From assembly GCA_037379345.1 (NCBI GenBank), contig CM074519.1, positions 16,036,742-16,100,741 on the forward strand: 64,000 nt of DNA, given 5' to 3'. The translations under genes and the position numbers were made by a program. The DNA comes from Perna viridis. Lineage: Eukaryota. The notes below the pieces were generated by a model. That model had not been told where the DNA came from, did no database searches, and saw nothing but the letters and a program-made list of their open reading frames with translations. This document shows, one piece after another, positions 1-13,869 of this stretch; the stretch's first letter is position 1; each line of letters starts with the position of its first letter.

Positions 1-1025
1 CTTGTTTCCAACTAAGGTAGGTAGGTAGCAAATTTATTTTATTTTTCAAAACCATTTTAAACTGAGTTAATGGGAAAAAATGTACTTTCACAGTGCTTGG
101 CTAAAATGGGGTAGGTAGAGTGACGGGAAATGGACACATATTTATTTGGCCTAGGACTTGTAGACAATACACGTATGGTTGGGATTTGTTTACCAATTTT
201 CGTGGCTCTGTTTTACCGCCGATGTCTTATGCAACAGTTTTTTGTTTTCATTTTGTAAATGCAATATTTAACTTTAACCATACATGTACATAACCGATGT
301 GTGCTGACTCAGTGGCGAATCCATGGAGAGGCTTCCGATCGACCTCTTTATTTCTTATCGTGGGAAGTTTAACTGCCTTAAAGTCATGTACCTATTCCAG
401 AAAGTTCAGCTATCGAATTGATATACCAGTAATTACAGTTATCAATAAACGACCCTTTACAAAATAAGCATAAAAATTATCGGGATTTCACGAGATTTTC
501 ATTCAAGAGATTTTAAAACCAATGATGCTTTTCAGTCAATGACAGTTACACACAATCGATATATACACTGCCAATTTCAAGCTTATGTTGCTCTATAATC
601 CAACGAAAGAAGCGAAATATTCATGAAATTTTTACTTGCTTTTACAATCTAGTCAAAATATTTCTTCAACTTTTAATAACAAAATATTTTTTTCTCAATT
701 CTGTTTGCTTGTCCTAGAATATGAAGGTTTAAATAATGCTAAAGAGGCCTATCTAGTAATTTCCCAAAAGGCCAGGAAACGTTATAACCACCATATACTC
801 GCTAATTAAGAAATAAATCAAGGATACTCCATTTTATCATTGTTTCACTACGGGCTGGTCATTTATGTTGCATTGCTTTACCTCGAGCGATGGCGACTGA
901 GGCATAGCCGAAGTCCAATATCGGTAGCCTCGAAAAATTAACTAAGCTAATATGGAAAACCTTACGCAATAATGCTATATTATGCTTCTGCAATAAGTTA
1001 AAATCGGATGAGAAGACGTGCTTAC

Positions 1026-1456
1026 CCATATGAGCTACTTTCTGGTGGAGAAGCTGAAGTCGGACGATATCGGCACTCAAGCTGCTATCGGTTGGTAATG
1101 GTGGTGCTCCCCATCCATTAGGGTACGGGGGACAGAGGTGGCAGATCGATTGAAGTAAAATACAGAGAGTCCTGCTATCATATTGCTGTGACGATGTGTG
1201 TTTTTTGTTGACTGGGTATAGTAACTCCCATGTTTTGTCGTTGATGACGTCTGACGTGTGCAGACGTTGAAGCACCGCTTTGACGTGCGCCTGGGAAAGG
1301 TGATCTCTGAGATTCAGTGGTGGATGGACACTGTCAAAGGTGCTCCGAAGTGCAAATGTTCCGGCGTCCATGAGTAGCCATACTATCCTTGCCACGTTTT
1401 CTCGTTCTTTAGTAGCAATGTTCATTTTCTTGGCCCAATTCTGGTCCATATTAGCT
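1026..1456 (-). CDS. Internal coding exon encoding a DZIP3/hRUL138-like HEPN domain; the gene continues beyond the left edge of the window
   Basis: The translation ERENVARIVWLLMDAGTFALRSTFDSVHPP...W.LLYP...L.ILLQSICHLCPP..GW...P...D.SLSADIVRL.......H matches the recalled HEPN_DZIP3 pattern. Acceptor ttgcag|AGCTAATATG lies at 1457/1456 (phase 2) and donor ATGG|gtaag at 1026/1025. ORF-track residues after ...AHMG are intronic. Confidence 0.8.
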
Positions 1457-2229
1457 CTGCAATTGTATTGAAAATACTTTTAATTGAAATGCTAAATTGG
1501 ATTCAGCAAAAAAGCGGTAATAGCCAAATACACGTTCAACCCACTTAGGTCCATAACAGCTCTTTAAAAAAAAGGATTTAAATAAATCAAAAATAATTTC
1601 ATGGATAGTTATTAAGTTTGATTGAAAACATGAACATGTAGTTTCCTACCTCGTAATATAAAAAAACAGTTTTTAATTATTAATTAATCGTTTGGCTCGG
1701 CACGTGTCAAATACATACAATACAATAGTATCTAGTAACCATCACAATCTAAACAAAATAAAGCGTTTCAACAAATTCTAATTTTAGGTGAAATTTATAA
1801 AAAGGGATTTCGTCTCAATTTTACACGATTCTAACAATTCGGTTTTGATATACACCTGTAAAGGTACAGATTTTCAAGGAATTAAAGCCTAGTCAAGCAA
1901 CACCATAAAAGCTAGAAAAAATACAAAATCAAAAAAAAAAAAAATGAAACAAAAAAAAAATAAAAAACAAAACAAACACTACCGTACAGAAAACAACAAT
2001 ACATTTTGGGCAAAAACGCAGTGTTATGACGCAACATATTTGGATGGTGTCATTCTTAGGAATAACACACAGTGGTGAAGTAAAGATGATGAAACACGAA
2101 TGAGAAAAACACACACGTAATCATGTACTAATCGAACGAGAAATATTCAATATTTTAATTGTTTATCCTCTTCATTACCCCTTCAATGAAATGTTTTGTA
2201 AATTACTAAAAAACAAAAATGTACATTAC

Positions 2230-2240
2230 CCATTCGCCAT
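2230..2240 (-). CDS. Possible micro first coding exon MAN(G) within exon 2253-2230
   Basis: gttttag| acceptor, then ATG GCG AAT GG|gtaatg (phase-2 donor). A candidate upstream non-coding donor TTG|gtaagt lies near 2417. Confidence 0.3.
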
Positions 2241-3120
2241 TACTTATTTACTTCTAAAACATGCATAAAGCTTAAATTACATGAAATTTACATAAGGTTG
2301 ATGTAAGATGTAATTTTCCTGATTTGAACGAGATAAAAAAAATTCATATGAATTAATTCAGTGTAAAATATATCTTTAAATTAAAGATATGTTACTGCTT
2401 GTGTGGAGTAGACTTACCAAATATTTCATGTTTTATCCGTTTAAATGCATTTAACCACCGAAAAAATGTAAAGTTAAACTCCTAGTTTTTCACAATATCT
2501 AAGCTATCAGAGTTTAAATATATTTCACCACATAACCCATTCACTGCATGTATACAATAGTCAGTGATTCGTGACGAATGTTTGCAATATTCCCATTTGC
2601 CAGTAATTATTTTAGGTGTATATATACGTAAGTCATTTGTATTTTCATAAGTATTTAACTTTCTTTCCCGGGAATGGAATAATATTTGTTTAACGATGGT
2701 CACCATGGCAAACGTAACAAAGTGGTTATAAAACTGGAATTCTATCATAGAATTGAATTTAAAAAACATATTCTATTTTAAGTTTATTTTTTTTGTATAT
2801 TGGCAATCATTGATTAAAAACAGTTTTGATGGATTTGTTTTTCTATAATTGAATTGCCTCTCTTTAAAGAGAACATCATTTCAACTGAACTTCATACATC
2901 GATTCTGCTCTATAACTACTATTTTATGGTTCACTCGTTCGATGCATTTAAAATACATAATTCATATTGGAAACATCTTTTGTATCAATATGAAATAAAA
3001 TCATGGTTCCCGACATAAATTAAAATTGTGTTTTTTATATACATATCAAAGATACACTCCAATATTTTAATAATTTATTCATTTATTATATTTCCCTTTC
3101 AAAAGAAAAATACTGATTCT

Positions 3121-3498
3121 GAGCTTCAAAACACTTTTATGGTCGTCATCATGAACTCGTGGATCGTTGCGGTGTATCCGTTTGCACCATGAAAACTGAT
3201 TTTGTTCAGCGTGTCATAGTTTTCCATTCCTCATTCGTCTACCCTGAACTTGACTTTTTATGAGCAACTCGGTGGGTGTTTCTAGAAAAGCATTGGACGC
3301 TTACCCTACAAGAGCACCTGGTCCATGCTCCCAGTTTTTAGTGGAATCCGAGTTGCTCACTTACTTTTGTTATTTTGTATGTATTATTTTGTTTATTTTA
3401 TGTTCTTTGTTGTGTGTGTCTGTTTTCAATGTCTGGTCTTTGTCCCTGGATTACATTCTTTTGATTTCGCTAGAATCTTGGTTCCCTTGATTACTCTT
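3121..3498 (+). mobile_element. 3' fragment of the same Penelope-like family
   Basis: FYGRHHELVDR remnant followed by the shared 3' UTR ending CCCTTGATTACTCT. Confidence 0.75.
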
Positions 3499-5698
3499 TT
3501 ATAGCTTTCTAATATACAGAGACCCTCAGTAATTTCTGTCTCTACACGTATTGGATTAACACACAAAAATTATATATTATACATTTATGTAAAAAGTTTG
3601 ACAGTTTGGTTACAACATTGGATAGACGTTAGTCTTCATTGATCTAGAACTCTTACTAAAACGTGTGAGGTCTTTGCAGCCAAATACAAAATCAGCTTTT
3701 GCTTCAAATGCCAAATATGTACACGAACCATTACCACACACTAAAAATAAAAATCGTTCGAATTAACATTTCTCTCTCTTATTAATGACAAAATTCCTAG
3801 AGTGTTCATTCTCCGGTTTTATCAAAATTTTCTTGAATGTCCAAATAAAGTTGAAAAAAAATTCAATTGTATATTTTCTGTACGATGAAACATTTTCAAT
3901 GTCAATGAGAGAATTTTCATAAAAAAAATAAAAATATATGTATCATCTCTTCTCTGATAAAGCAGACCTAGATATCACACAAAATACTCATTCCCAGCAT
4001 ATACATGTACAACATAAAACATTCATTTTGGGATTTTAGAATATAGGTACTAAATCAGAAAAATACCAATTATATATATTGCAAATTTCGATATGCTGTA
4101 CACGTTTTTCAGTGAGTTACACTGTATCTCTCATCAGAAGCTTTATAATCAAATATATAGGAATATCTCAATCCAAAAATAATCATTTACAAGAAGTAAC
4201 TCAAAACCGAAATCATCAAAATAGAAAGCCAAATCCATCATTGAAAAGTTCTATCGGAAAACTATCTGTGTAACACAAAGAACGAAGCCTCCGTGTTTTA
4301 TGTATTCTAAAATTTGTAATACTGCAAAATAATGAATGTTTCCTGCAGTAATGCTCTCAGTTTTGGTGCTTAAATCAAATGTTTACAAGAATGCAAATGA
4401 CATCACTTGAGCTCATTGCAATACATATCCAATACGTTTGCTCAATTTACGACTCAAGTATCAGTCTTAATCATAATCAGGCAGAATTGTCTTGTTTCTG
4501 AATCATGTAATTAATTTACAATAGTTTATTTTTTCTATTGTTTTGACTTGATGTTGAAATATGCAAATTACTTAATAAAAATGTTTAAACAATTCAGACA
4601 GGAGGAGATTCATGCTTGTCAAAAACCCACCAGATTTACTTTATTTCCTGTCTAGAACCAACTATAGACCAAATAATCACTCAATCATAGTTTCTCATTT
4701 GGTTGTATAAAAACCACATACATTGTGTATGAAATTGGGACTTTGTTAGAGAATTGATCGTTCATGGTTTAGTCTGATTTGGTTGAATTTAGTGGGAGAT
4801 AAATGTATAGTATTCTCAAAAAATACAAATCTGTATATGGAAGGACTTAAGTTACAGAAAAATACGCTGTATGTAGACCCAAATAGCATCATTTGTTTGG
4901 TGGGTTTTCTCTTGGTACTGTCTGAATATTATATGGACTGGTACTTAAACCAAATGTATATAAAGGCAAATGACACCATTTAAGGTTATTAAAATTCGGT
5001 TGTCATCAGTTGTGAAAAATAACCTCAATATTGATAATAATTGATGAAAATTGTGTACATGACTATTGTATTTAGAAAATCCACAAAGGCTTCCATTTCA
5101 TTCAGCACATCACACGCACAAAATCGACTTATTGAAGAATCACCATTTATCTAATCCCAATAAACCCATGACCACTTGAGCTTCTATGGATTTCACAAAC
5201 ACAGTTTAATTAGTGACCAGAATTTATACAGCGATATTTATATTTATTTAGAGAAAGAGAAAACTTCAATGGCGATTAATAACAATATTTGATCATGTGA
5301 AATACTTGCTAATGTTTGAAAAGCCGTTTTGTATAGAGTGATTGCAATATTCCTCAAAGTGAAGTTATATTTGTGAAGTTAAGCGACCAAATCTAATGAA
5401 ATAAGTTATAAAAGTGATTTATATTTATAACTGTTTACTTGGTTGCATAATGTATTTCTAAATTTGGTACTGTTTCAACCTTTTAAACTTTCTAGATTCA
5501 AAATGTCATGCCAATATTTAACTTAACATGGGTCTGCCAGTACTTTTCGGTTAATTCAGCATATGACCGAAAAATAAACCACAAGAGAAGTGCATTGCAA
5601 TAAAGAACTTTAAACTGGCATTTCATCATGCTTTAAACTGATCATTTTCCCGTACATTTGGTCTGCACTCAAATTTCACTACACTAAATGCAACATAA

Positions 5699-5872
5699 AT
5701 GCTCCCATTTTTGAGTGGAGTCCTAGTTGCTCATTTTTTTTTGTTGCTTTGTGTGTATGATTTTAATTACTTTGTGTTCTTTGTTGTGTATGTCTGTTTT
5801 TCATGTCTGGTCTTTGTCCCTGGATTGCATTCTTTTGATTACCCTTATAACCTTGGTTCCCTTGATTACTCC
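5699..5872 (+). mobile_element. Penelope-like 3' UTR fragment
   Basis: Aligns by eye to 3325-3497. Confidence 0.7.
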
Positions 5873-7080
5873 TTACAAAATTTGGTTTGACGGTCACCAA
5901 TATCTATGTATTGGCCCGCTTGCTCGCCAGTAAGGTCTATTTGTGACCATCACATCAACAACTGAGACCTACAAATTCAATTATAGATATCTCCTAATCA
6001 AGACTTTGGGGTGGGTGAAACTGTGTTCCTGACCAGTACTCAGTGGCACTATAATATAAATCAGGCCCTTTATAAAGCAGTCAAACAGGTCTTTATTTGA
6101 CAATTCTTAGCACTCAGTTGTCAGCTTTATATGAAAATTAGGGTTTCTATCGAGAAATCTGTAAAACGGAGGATTCCTGACTATCATTTTTTTTGGTCAG
6201 AATTTTGCATCTTCTCAACTCGAAGCATGTAGATGTTTCTAGGATAACAATAAGACATTTGTACTACCTGTTACTATCTGTAACATTTATCTAACATATA
6301 AGTATTTATAAAATCGCAGGAAGCAAACCAAAATGTAAGACCAAACAACCATTTTATATATCCCGAAGAACACCCAACGAGTGCAATCATTGTAGGTACT
6401 GCATCTCCGGCTTTTCGGAATACACCAGCATCGACTATTGCTTACTAATATCTAATGTATGGGGCGCATACAGAAATTTTGAAAGCGAAGTTCAGGTCAT
6501 TTTTTTGTCATTTCCCCAATCTTACCAGAAATAATTTAAAATACAATTTTCCAAAAAGCGTGGGGTGGGGAGGGGGGTTCAACACCCGGAACACCCCCTG
6601 GATCTACCACTTCTAAGCAACAGTTTAATGTATCATACTTAAAAAGCAAAGTGTTTCACATGGAATGCCAATTAATAATAACTATAGATAATTTTGGTCG
6701 CTCAGAACACTGGATCCAAAACCACTTTGTGTCTAAAACTCAAAATAAGTTTAACTTCGCTAGAATCCTAGGTAGCATATCAGATGTGTTCACAATGTAA
6801 ACATCTCCCGCTTTGCTACGATAATCATTTTATCATGTTTAAATGAGAAATTTAGATAGTATACTGAAACTTATCTAAACTGAAACCTGAATAAAGCAAC
6901 CTGTCTAAACCAGACACTTATAAAGTCCCATCATATCAGATTAAATGTATTTTAAACGTGGGTAAACTGAACATTTGCATTAACCGCACATATGCTATAG
7001 TCCAATAGGGACAGGTATCACTGTAGTTTAATCCACTGGTGATAAATTTTCAAATTCTAAACTGAAAAAAGTTTTTTTAC

Positions 7081-7286
7081 CTCATGAATTCATTTTCGTA
7101 TGGCCCTTTGAATTTTATGTAACGATGTTCGCCTCGTTTTCGGATTTTGTCATCATCTTTCTTTTCCAATGTCTGGATTCCAAGAGGAGTAAGGAAACTT
7201 GGTGGTATGCTTGATGCCACGGTGTTCAAATGGCGTGGTTTTTTTACATTCCCTTTTAATCCTCTCATATTCAAAGACAGATCCAT
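7081..7286 (-). CDS. Alternative first coding exon (68 aa, basic) of the HEPN gene
   Basis: ATG at 7286 with an in-frame upstream stop; 206 nt open (MDLSLNMRG...YENEFM). Donor ATGAG|gtaaaa is phase 2 and joins the 1456 acceptor in frame (AG+A=Arg). A TCAGT initiator-like site lies near 7492. Confidence 0.65.
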
Positions 7287-8711
7287 GGAAAATCGAAGTT
7301 TATCAATTATAACCAATCACTTGACAAACAAATCATCAACTTTCACAACCTGTCGAACTTTTAGCATTCATTGTATCCATTTTGAAACATACCACAGCAT
7401 CATTCAATCAGCACAAAACCTCATATTGAAACTGAAGATAGGTTTTACATCGATTTATCACATATTTCCCAATATTTTCATATGAATTTACTGATAAAAT
7501 TCCAATTCTATAAAAATCAATCTCAGATTCTCTCACACGAGTATATCATATAGAAATACATTACAATTTACGGCTCGCGTTATTTATAAACTCTCTCGTG
7601 ACAAATTAAACCCGTAACATGGTTAAACCTATGCCTAATACATACAAAATTCTACCTCCCTGGGTCTAGCACAATGGTATGTCTAAAAACCTAAAACATA
7701 CCAACGGGCGAGAAAGGTCAATAATAGTGATCTAGACCGTGCTCGATGACACGCTAAAAACAGATATCTATGCGGTTTGATTCGAACCACTTGCCCCCCA
7801 AAGAGCCATTTAATACATACGGTAAAAGAATGTATTGTGTAGTTTACGAATTAAATTAACATTCAAAGATTTAAAATAACCAAAAGCATATCACTTATCT
7901 TTTTAAAGATATTTAATAACAAACCATACCCTTTATATTTTTGAGTTTTAAATTGATATCAATAATAAAAGACTGGGCTAATGAATGGTTTAATTACTAA
8001 AACAAATAGTACTTATGTGGAAATGATATGTACATGTATATGGAATTGGAATAAAAAGGGGGTGACATATGGCGGCATAGCTGTGGCGGATTCAAAGGGA
8101 TTCTCGGATGTTGGAATCCCCCTTTTTACTTGAAAATTATGTTAATTTCATGACATATTGGTAAAAAATTAGCAAACAATAGCCTGAACACCACTTTTTT
8201 TTCTGGACCCCCTTTTCTTCGGATCCCCCAATGTTTGGATATTTAGCAACCTTTCCACCTCGTGTGTAGTAATCTGTATTACTAAATGTCCCAGCAAAGT
8301 GCTTGTGTATATAATTTACATCATTACCGACCATCAAAGATTTTCCGACTTCAAAATTCATTACACAAAGAAAACGAAGAAAACAATGAACAAAAAATTG
8401 AAACACACAGCCTTGAGGAACAGCATCGTTCTTGTGTAACCGACATTAATACTGTTAAAGATGTAGACCTAGGGTAGGGGACGTAACTCTTGAAATCAGT
8501 GATATGTTTGTATCATATTCAATTTCACCCAAAGCTTATCAAGCTTTCATATGAAACAGAATGGAATCAGTCCAAGTTACCTTGATGCTTACATGAGATT
8601 GATGTAAAATGCTGAATACAAACGTTCAAATGATTTGTATGAGTTTTGTCCCTTACCCTGGGTCTACCTCCTAAATTCGTGAAATAAACGTTGTTTATCT
8701 AATGAATCATT

Positions 8712-8880
8712 GCAGTGAAATCAGTCAAAACTGAATCTTAAATGGACGGATCAGTTTAGACAGGTGTTCGGTTTACTTAGGTTCAAAATACATTCAATCC
8801 TGTTAAAAGGACTTCAAAAGTGTTTAGTTTGGACAGGTTTTCGGTTTATTCAGGGTACGGTATAGAGGGGTTTCACTGTA
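8712..8880. mobile_element. Short member of the CAGTGAAACC MITE family
   Basis: CAGTGAAATC...GGTTTCACTGTA; the body is homologous to the 29.2 kb copy. Confidence 0.65.
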
Positions 8881-9682
8881 GTTTTTTTAATAGAAGTTGA
8901 GCAGACCAGATGACAACAAATGAATTAAGATGTGGCACAATTGAAACCCAAAAAATGTTCGCTTTCAAAAGAAAAATATTCCGATAAGAATTGATTATGG
9001 AAACAAACAAAACGACATGTATTTTCCAATTTGAATATGTCAAAAAGGAGACGAAAGAGCCAAAAGTTGGAAATAAACTTTTTTGGAACATATTTAATAA
9101 TGAAAATGAAAAGTCGGTCAAAATAATTAAAGACGTATTACAACCAATAAAGATATCAAAATGAATTTTAAAGTTAAAATCAAAGTAAATGTTCCATCTA
9201 TGTGGGAGGGAATCTTGATACCCTTTACATTCTCAGGTACGACAAATATATCACAATTAAAATGATTTTAAAAACATATTTAAACATTGACGGCGATTGT
9301 GCATGATAAACGCAAATATAGTCGATGGATTTGCTTTAAATACTAAGCTCAATGACGCGAATATAAGTATTAGTACATTTGCACTGGCAACAAGCAGATT
9401 ATCTGGTTGCCATGGACACGTACAAGTGTTGGAACAAATAACAAACCCAAAATAAAGTCCTGAGGATGAAAAAAAGTTCTAAAAGCTGATTTCGCTAAAA
9501 GCTGAATTGCATATCATTTTCACCTGAGTTAAGCAAAAACAAAATATAGTGACATGAGTGTATATGAAATTCATGAAATTCAAGATCACATTAATTTATG
9601 TGAAGTTTCACGTGAACACATTCACATTTTACTATGTAGTTTTCTTGTCAATCATCATTTTTTTTACCATTCTCCGTCTATT

Positions 9683-10073
9683 AAGAGAATCACGATTCTA
9701 GCGGAATTCAAGAGAATGTAATCCAGGGACAAAGACCAGACATAGAAAACAGACCAACACAACAAAGAACATAAAATAACCAAAATATATAAAATGAGGA
9801 ACTCGGACTCCACTTAAAACTGGAAGCATGGACCAAGTGCACCGGTAGGGTAAGCGTCATCTGCTTTTCTAGAAACTCGCAGAGTTGCTCATTATAAATC
9901 AAGTCCGGGGTAGACAAAAGAGGAAAAGAAAAATATGACATATTTAATAAATCAGTTTTCATGGTGCAGATGGATATATCGTAACGATCCACGAATTCAT
10001 GATGACGACTATAAAATTTCTGTATAGTGATGACTTTAATCTTGTAGCAACGCAACCCTGTTACGAAAGGCTA
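9683..10073 (-). mobile_element. Penelope-like 3' fragment
   Basis: QKFYSRHHEFVDRY remnant plus the shared 3' UTR. Confidence 0.75.
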
Positions 10074-11352
10074 ATTGGAAGAAGTGTTGCGTGATTCAAT
10101 AATGAAAGAAGGTTATATGGTCTTGACTACCATCGGGTCTCGCGCAATTGACCCTTACGGGATTGATTGATTGATTGAAAACCTTGATCGAAGTTCATGC
10201 TTTTATGTTCTCGTATCGGTTGGGCTGTTGTATTGACGCTCTGGCCTACGTCTAAGTGGGCCTTGGAGCGTTTACCAACTCCTCCATTCGTCTTGAAGGA
10301 ACACCATGCAACTCTGATATGAGTTCAAACAACTCAACAACCATTTATAGAGTTAGAGATCTATAGTGTAATATTTGATTTCAGAGAAAACAGAATTGCC
10401 CTTCAAACTTTTAAAATGTATCAAAGTTTCCTTTTATAATACTTTGAAAGTGTGTGAGATTTTTTTAGTATATGTATAATTCGGATCTCTCCTGAAACAA
10501 TTCCTTGGTTTTATCACAACTAGAACTCTGTTACTGGTTACAACCAAATACCTATCAATGACAAATATCCCTTTTCAAGTGTTTTGTGGTTACCTTTAAA
10601 GGGTATTCCATATTGACATAGACAGTTATCATTTTATTGACAGAACTAAGAAGTTAAGACAATGTAATGACCTTCACACAGGACAAATATTTAAAGTGAA
10701 TCCCTTGACGACCGACCTGACACCTAACAAGGGAAAAGATGATCCGCGGGGGTAGGCTAGATAAGCAGATTTTTATCTTTAGTGTTCCATTTCGACACTT
10801 CCGACTGTTTTTAATTCAAAATACCATTCAAATTGATTTAAATTTTCGATTATAGGGTCAATAATAAAATACTTAGCTTTTAACGAACACGATATAATGG
10901 TACTTTTGCATTACAACCATTTAGAATGTAAAGGAATAGCATATTATTTATCGTTATTGACAATAATTCAGCGGTAAGTTATCTCCAAGGCTTAAGTTCT
11001 ACATATTTCTACCTTCCATGCACAGAAGAGACCTTCCATGGTGTTCACATTTTTACACCTGAAATTTACCTTGAGTTTGTATAAAGTTATAGTAAAAATA
11101 TTTGTTGATAAGTATGAAACACATTTAGCACTTTTTTGCGTGTGAAAAAAAGTTTTTATTTGCATTTAGAAATAAGTTTAAATAATGGCAATGACGTTCC
11201 CACAATTTTTTGGTCTCTGAGATAGTTGGAACTTATAATTCAAACGCACGAATGAGCGCGAGATGATACTGGAGCGTAAATACTGTATTTGCGAGGCCTT
11301 TAATCATATTAATAGGAAGTGACACTGTACCTATCACACAATATTAATGTAT

Positions 11353-11484
11353 NNNNNNNNNNNNNNNNNNNNNNNNNNNNNNNNNNNNNNNNNNNNNNNN
11401 NNNNNNNNNNNNNNNNNNNNNNNNNNNNNNNNNNNNNNNNNNNNNNNNNNNNNNNNNNNNNNNNNNNNNNNNNNNNNNNNNNNN
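11353..11484. other. Assembly gap
   Basis: Run of N. Confidence 1.
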
Positions 11485-12357
11485 GTGTTTTACCAATTTT
11501 AAACCCGTTGTACATAACAGTTCTCAGCACGTGTTTGCTTTCAATGAGGGATGTCGACGTACTCCCCTCCCCTCCCCGAACCCCCCTGCTTCCGGGTGTG
11601 ATAATGTCACGATTCTCGAAACACTTACAATTTTAAAAACGCTGTGACATTTCTGTCGTAGACCCCAAAATTGTTTCGAGTTGTAGTTTGCAAATTATAG
11701 CATGAAAAACAAACCCAGTTAACAAGTTCAAAAAGGCCAATTAGATGAGTTAAGAATGTCAAAAAGGAAATTTAATCTTCAATGAAATTTACGATATCAG
11801 TTGTTTTTTTTTATTTTACGAAAAAAATTCGCAAAATTATAACAAATGACGGATCCAGGCAGGGCAGGGAAGACCGGAGGTTGGAACCCGTCTATATAAA
11901 GCAAATTTTATTGGCAAAATTGCGGATGTTATGACCTGGAACCTTTTTTTCTAAATATCTGGGTCCGTCCTGGAAGTGCATCAGAGTTTTAAACATGACC
12001 ATAAATAGCAGTACAATATCATTCGGATACTTTTTTGCCCGACTGGACCCAGACTCATAATTTCGCATTGTGACAGTACCGAACTTCCTATGACGGTATT
12101 ACATTGCATAATGTATTTATTAAAACTATACGATAATGCATTGAGTTTAATCAAAATTGCGTTCATCTGTTTTGAATTCAACCCTTATAGAATTAAATTT
12201 TAAATCAACAATGCCTTGGCTATAAGATGATTTCGATATATTTCTGGAACTGTTAATAACATTACAAAATATGTATACATTGTGTTGAAAAAAACTGCCG
12301 TAACTGAGCTTTATATACGAAATATTACTACGTAAACACAGTTTGAAGTGTATTTAA

Positions 12358-12593
12358 CAGTGGCGGATCCCGGGGGGAGGGGGTTAGGAAATTGCAATTT
12401 TTAAAAATTGTTAAAAAATTGTACAAGATACCCTCAGAATGCAGGATTTAAGGTTTAATATAATTATCAAAATTTTCTTGGGGCATGCCCCAGACCCTCT
12501 AGCAAATTCGGATCACTTCGAGATCCTCATCAGTGATCCTGTCAAGAATTTCTTTCCCCCCAATCCTTACCTAAAACCCTGGATCCGCCTATG
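12358..12593. mobile_element. CAGTGGCGGATCC-type MITE (relatives near 310, 6560-6612, 8080-8230, 11848-11970, 25447-25587, 34722-34860, 40800-40860, 50150-50298)
   Basis: GGCGGATCC...GGATCCGCC inverted ends with G-run/C-run subterminal blocks. Confidence 0.6.
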
Positions 12594-13869
12594 TTTAATT
12601 TCGCTACTTATTTTCGCTGTGTATATGGTGTACAGACAAGCACGAAACAAAGCACCCGCGACATTGATTTTTAACACCTTGAAACCCCTGTCATTTTTAT
12701 TCAAACCGCGAAAAGTAGCAACCTCGAAAAGTATTACAGTTACTGTACATCATTTGATTTTTATTGTTACTTACCTTCAGCGGTAAGAAATAAAAATCAT
12801 CAAAAATCCTTGTTTTTATACATAATTATACTCTAAAACAGTACCTTCCCCAACTGGATTTTAACCCAAATCAGTCATGGAGAATTTATTAGCCGAATTT
12901 CTTAAAGAGATAAAAGGCAAATATACTAAACAAACAAACATGTAAGTTAATGATAACATGTCATAAAACTTATTTGATTTTGACCATTAACTTATATTTA
13001 TTGATTTTCCTGGTATATTGTCAGTAATTTATGATCTGTTGACGATTTAAAGCCGCCTCAATGTGTCTGAATAAATACGTTTGAATAGATTAGATTTGTT
13101 ATATAGAATGTACCATGTAAAGTCACCGTGAAATAACAACAGACATGTTTTTGTTATGTTTTGTTGTTAAGCTTTCAACAATTAAATAAGACTTCAATGG
13201 TACTAACTTTTACCTCTATAACTCTTAAACGACGGAGCTTAAATGGTCAATTGTAACACATTTTCCATTCAACTGTTCGGAACATTTAGATACCGGTACA
13301 TGTACATGTATACATGTATCAAGTGTTCATCATTTGTCGTCTTACAAATGATTAAATAAGTCATTGGCTAGATATATACACTAGCTGTAGTTAAACATAC
13401 ATGTACAAAATGTTCATGTTTGGAAATCCTTGTTTCTAATCGTTTTGATTTATGTTTCATTAAAATCAATTTAATATGGTATAACGTATTTACTCGAATC
13501 TTAAAGAGTGTTATGTCCCTTTGTAGGCAATGTTATCTTTTTCATTGACATATAAATCTCGTATACATGTAGTTCTATAAAAAATGGAAAATCGAACAAA
13601 ACAAAGCACACATACATACACATACACACGCCACGCTCAAACATTGAATTCGGCAGCAGGGGATACGTGTCCTCTTTATAAATATCTTAGATGTCTTCAT
13701 AGAATATGGACGAAATCATTAAAAGTAATTAAAACTTACTAAATAAACCTTTTTCAACGGGAATTATCTACTTTACAAACAACACCGGTTTTAGTTTCGT
13801 AAAACTTATATATGTGTAAACTCCATAGTTTCTGAGTAAAAACTTCTGGACTTAATATAATTTCATTTT

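Noticed and set aside
859-1025. C-terminal ~55 aa of the 196 aa ORF
   Set aside because: Lies after a consensus GTAAG donor at the domain end; intronic read-through.
12770-12830. Strong minus-strand donor AAG|gtaagt
   Set aside because: TGA lies immediately before the donor in the required frame, so it cannot be a coding leader. A non-coding role cannot be tested from sequence.
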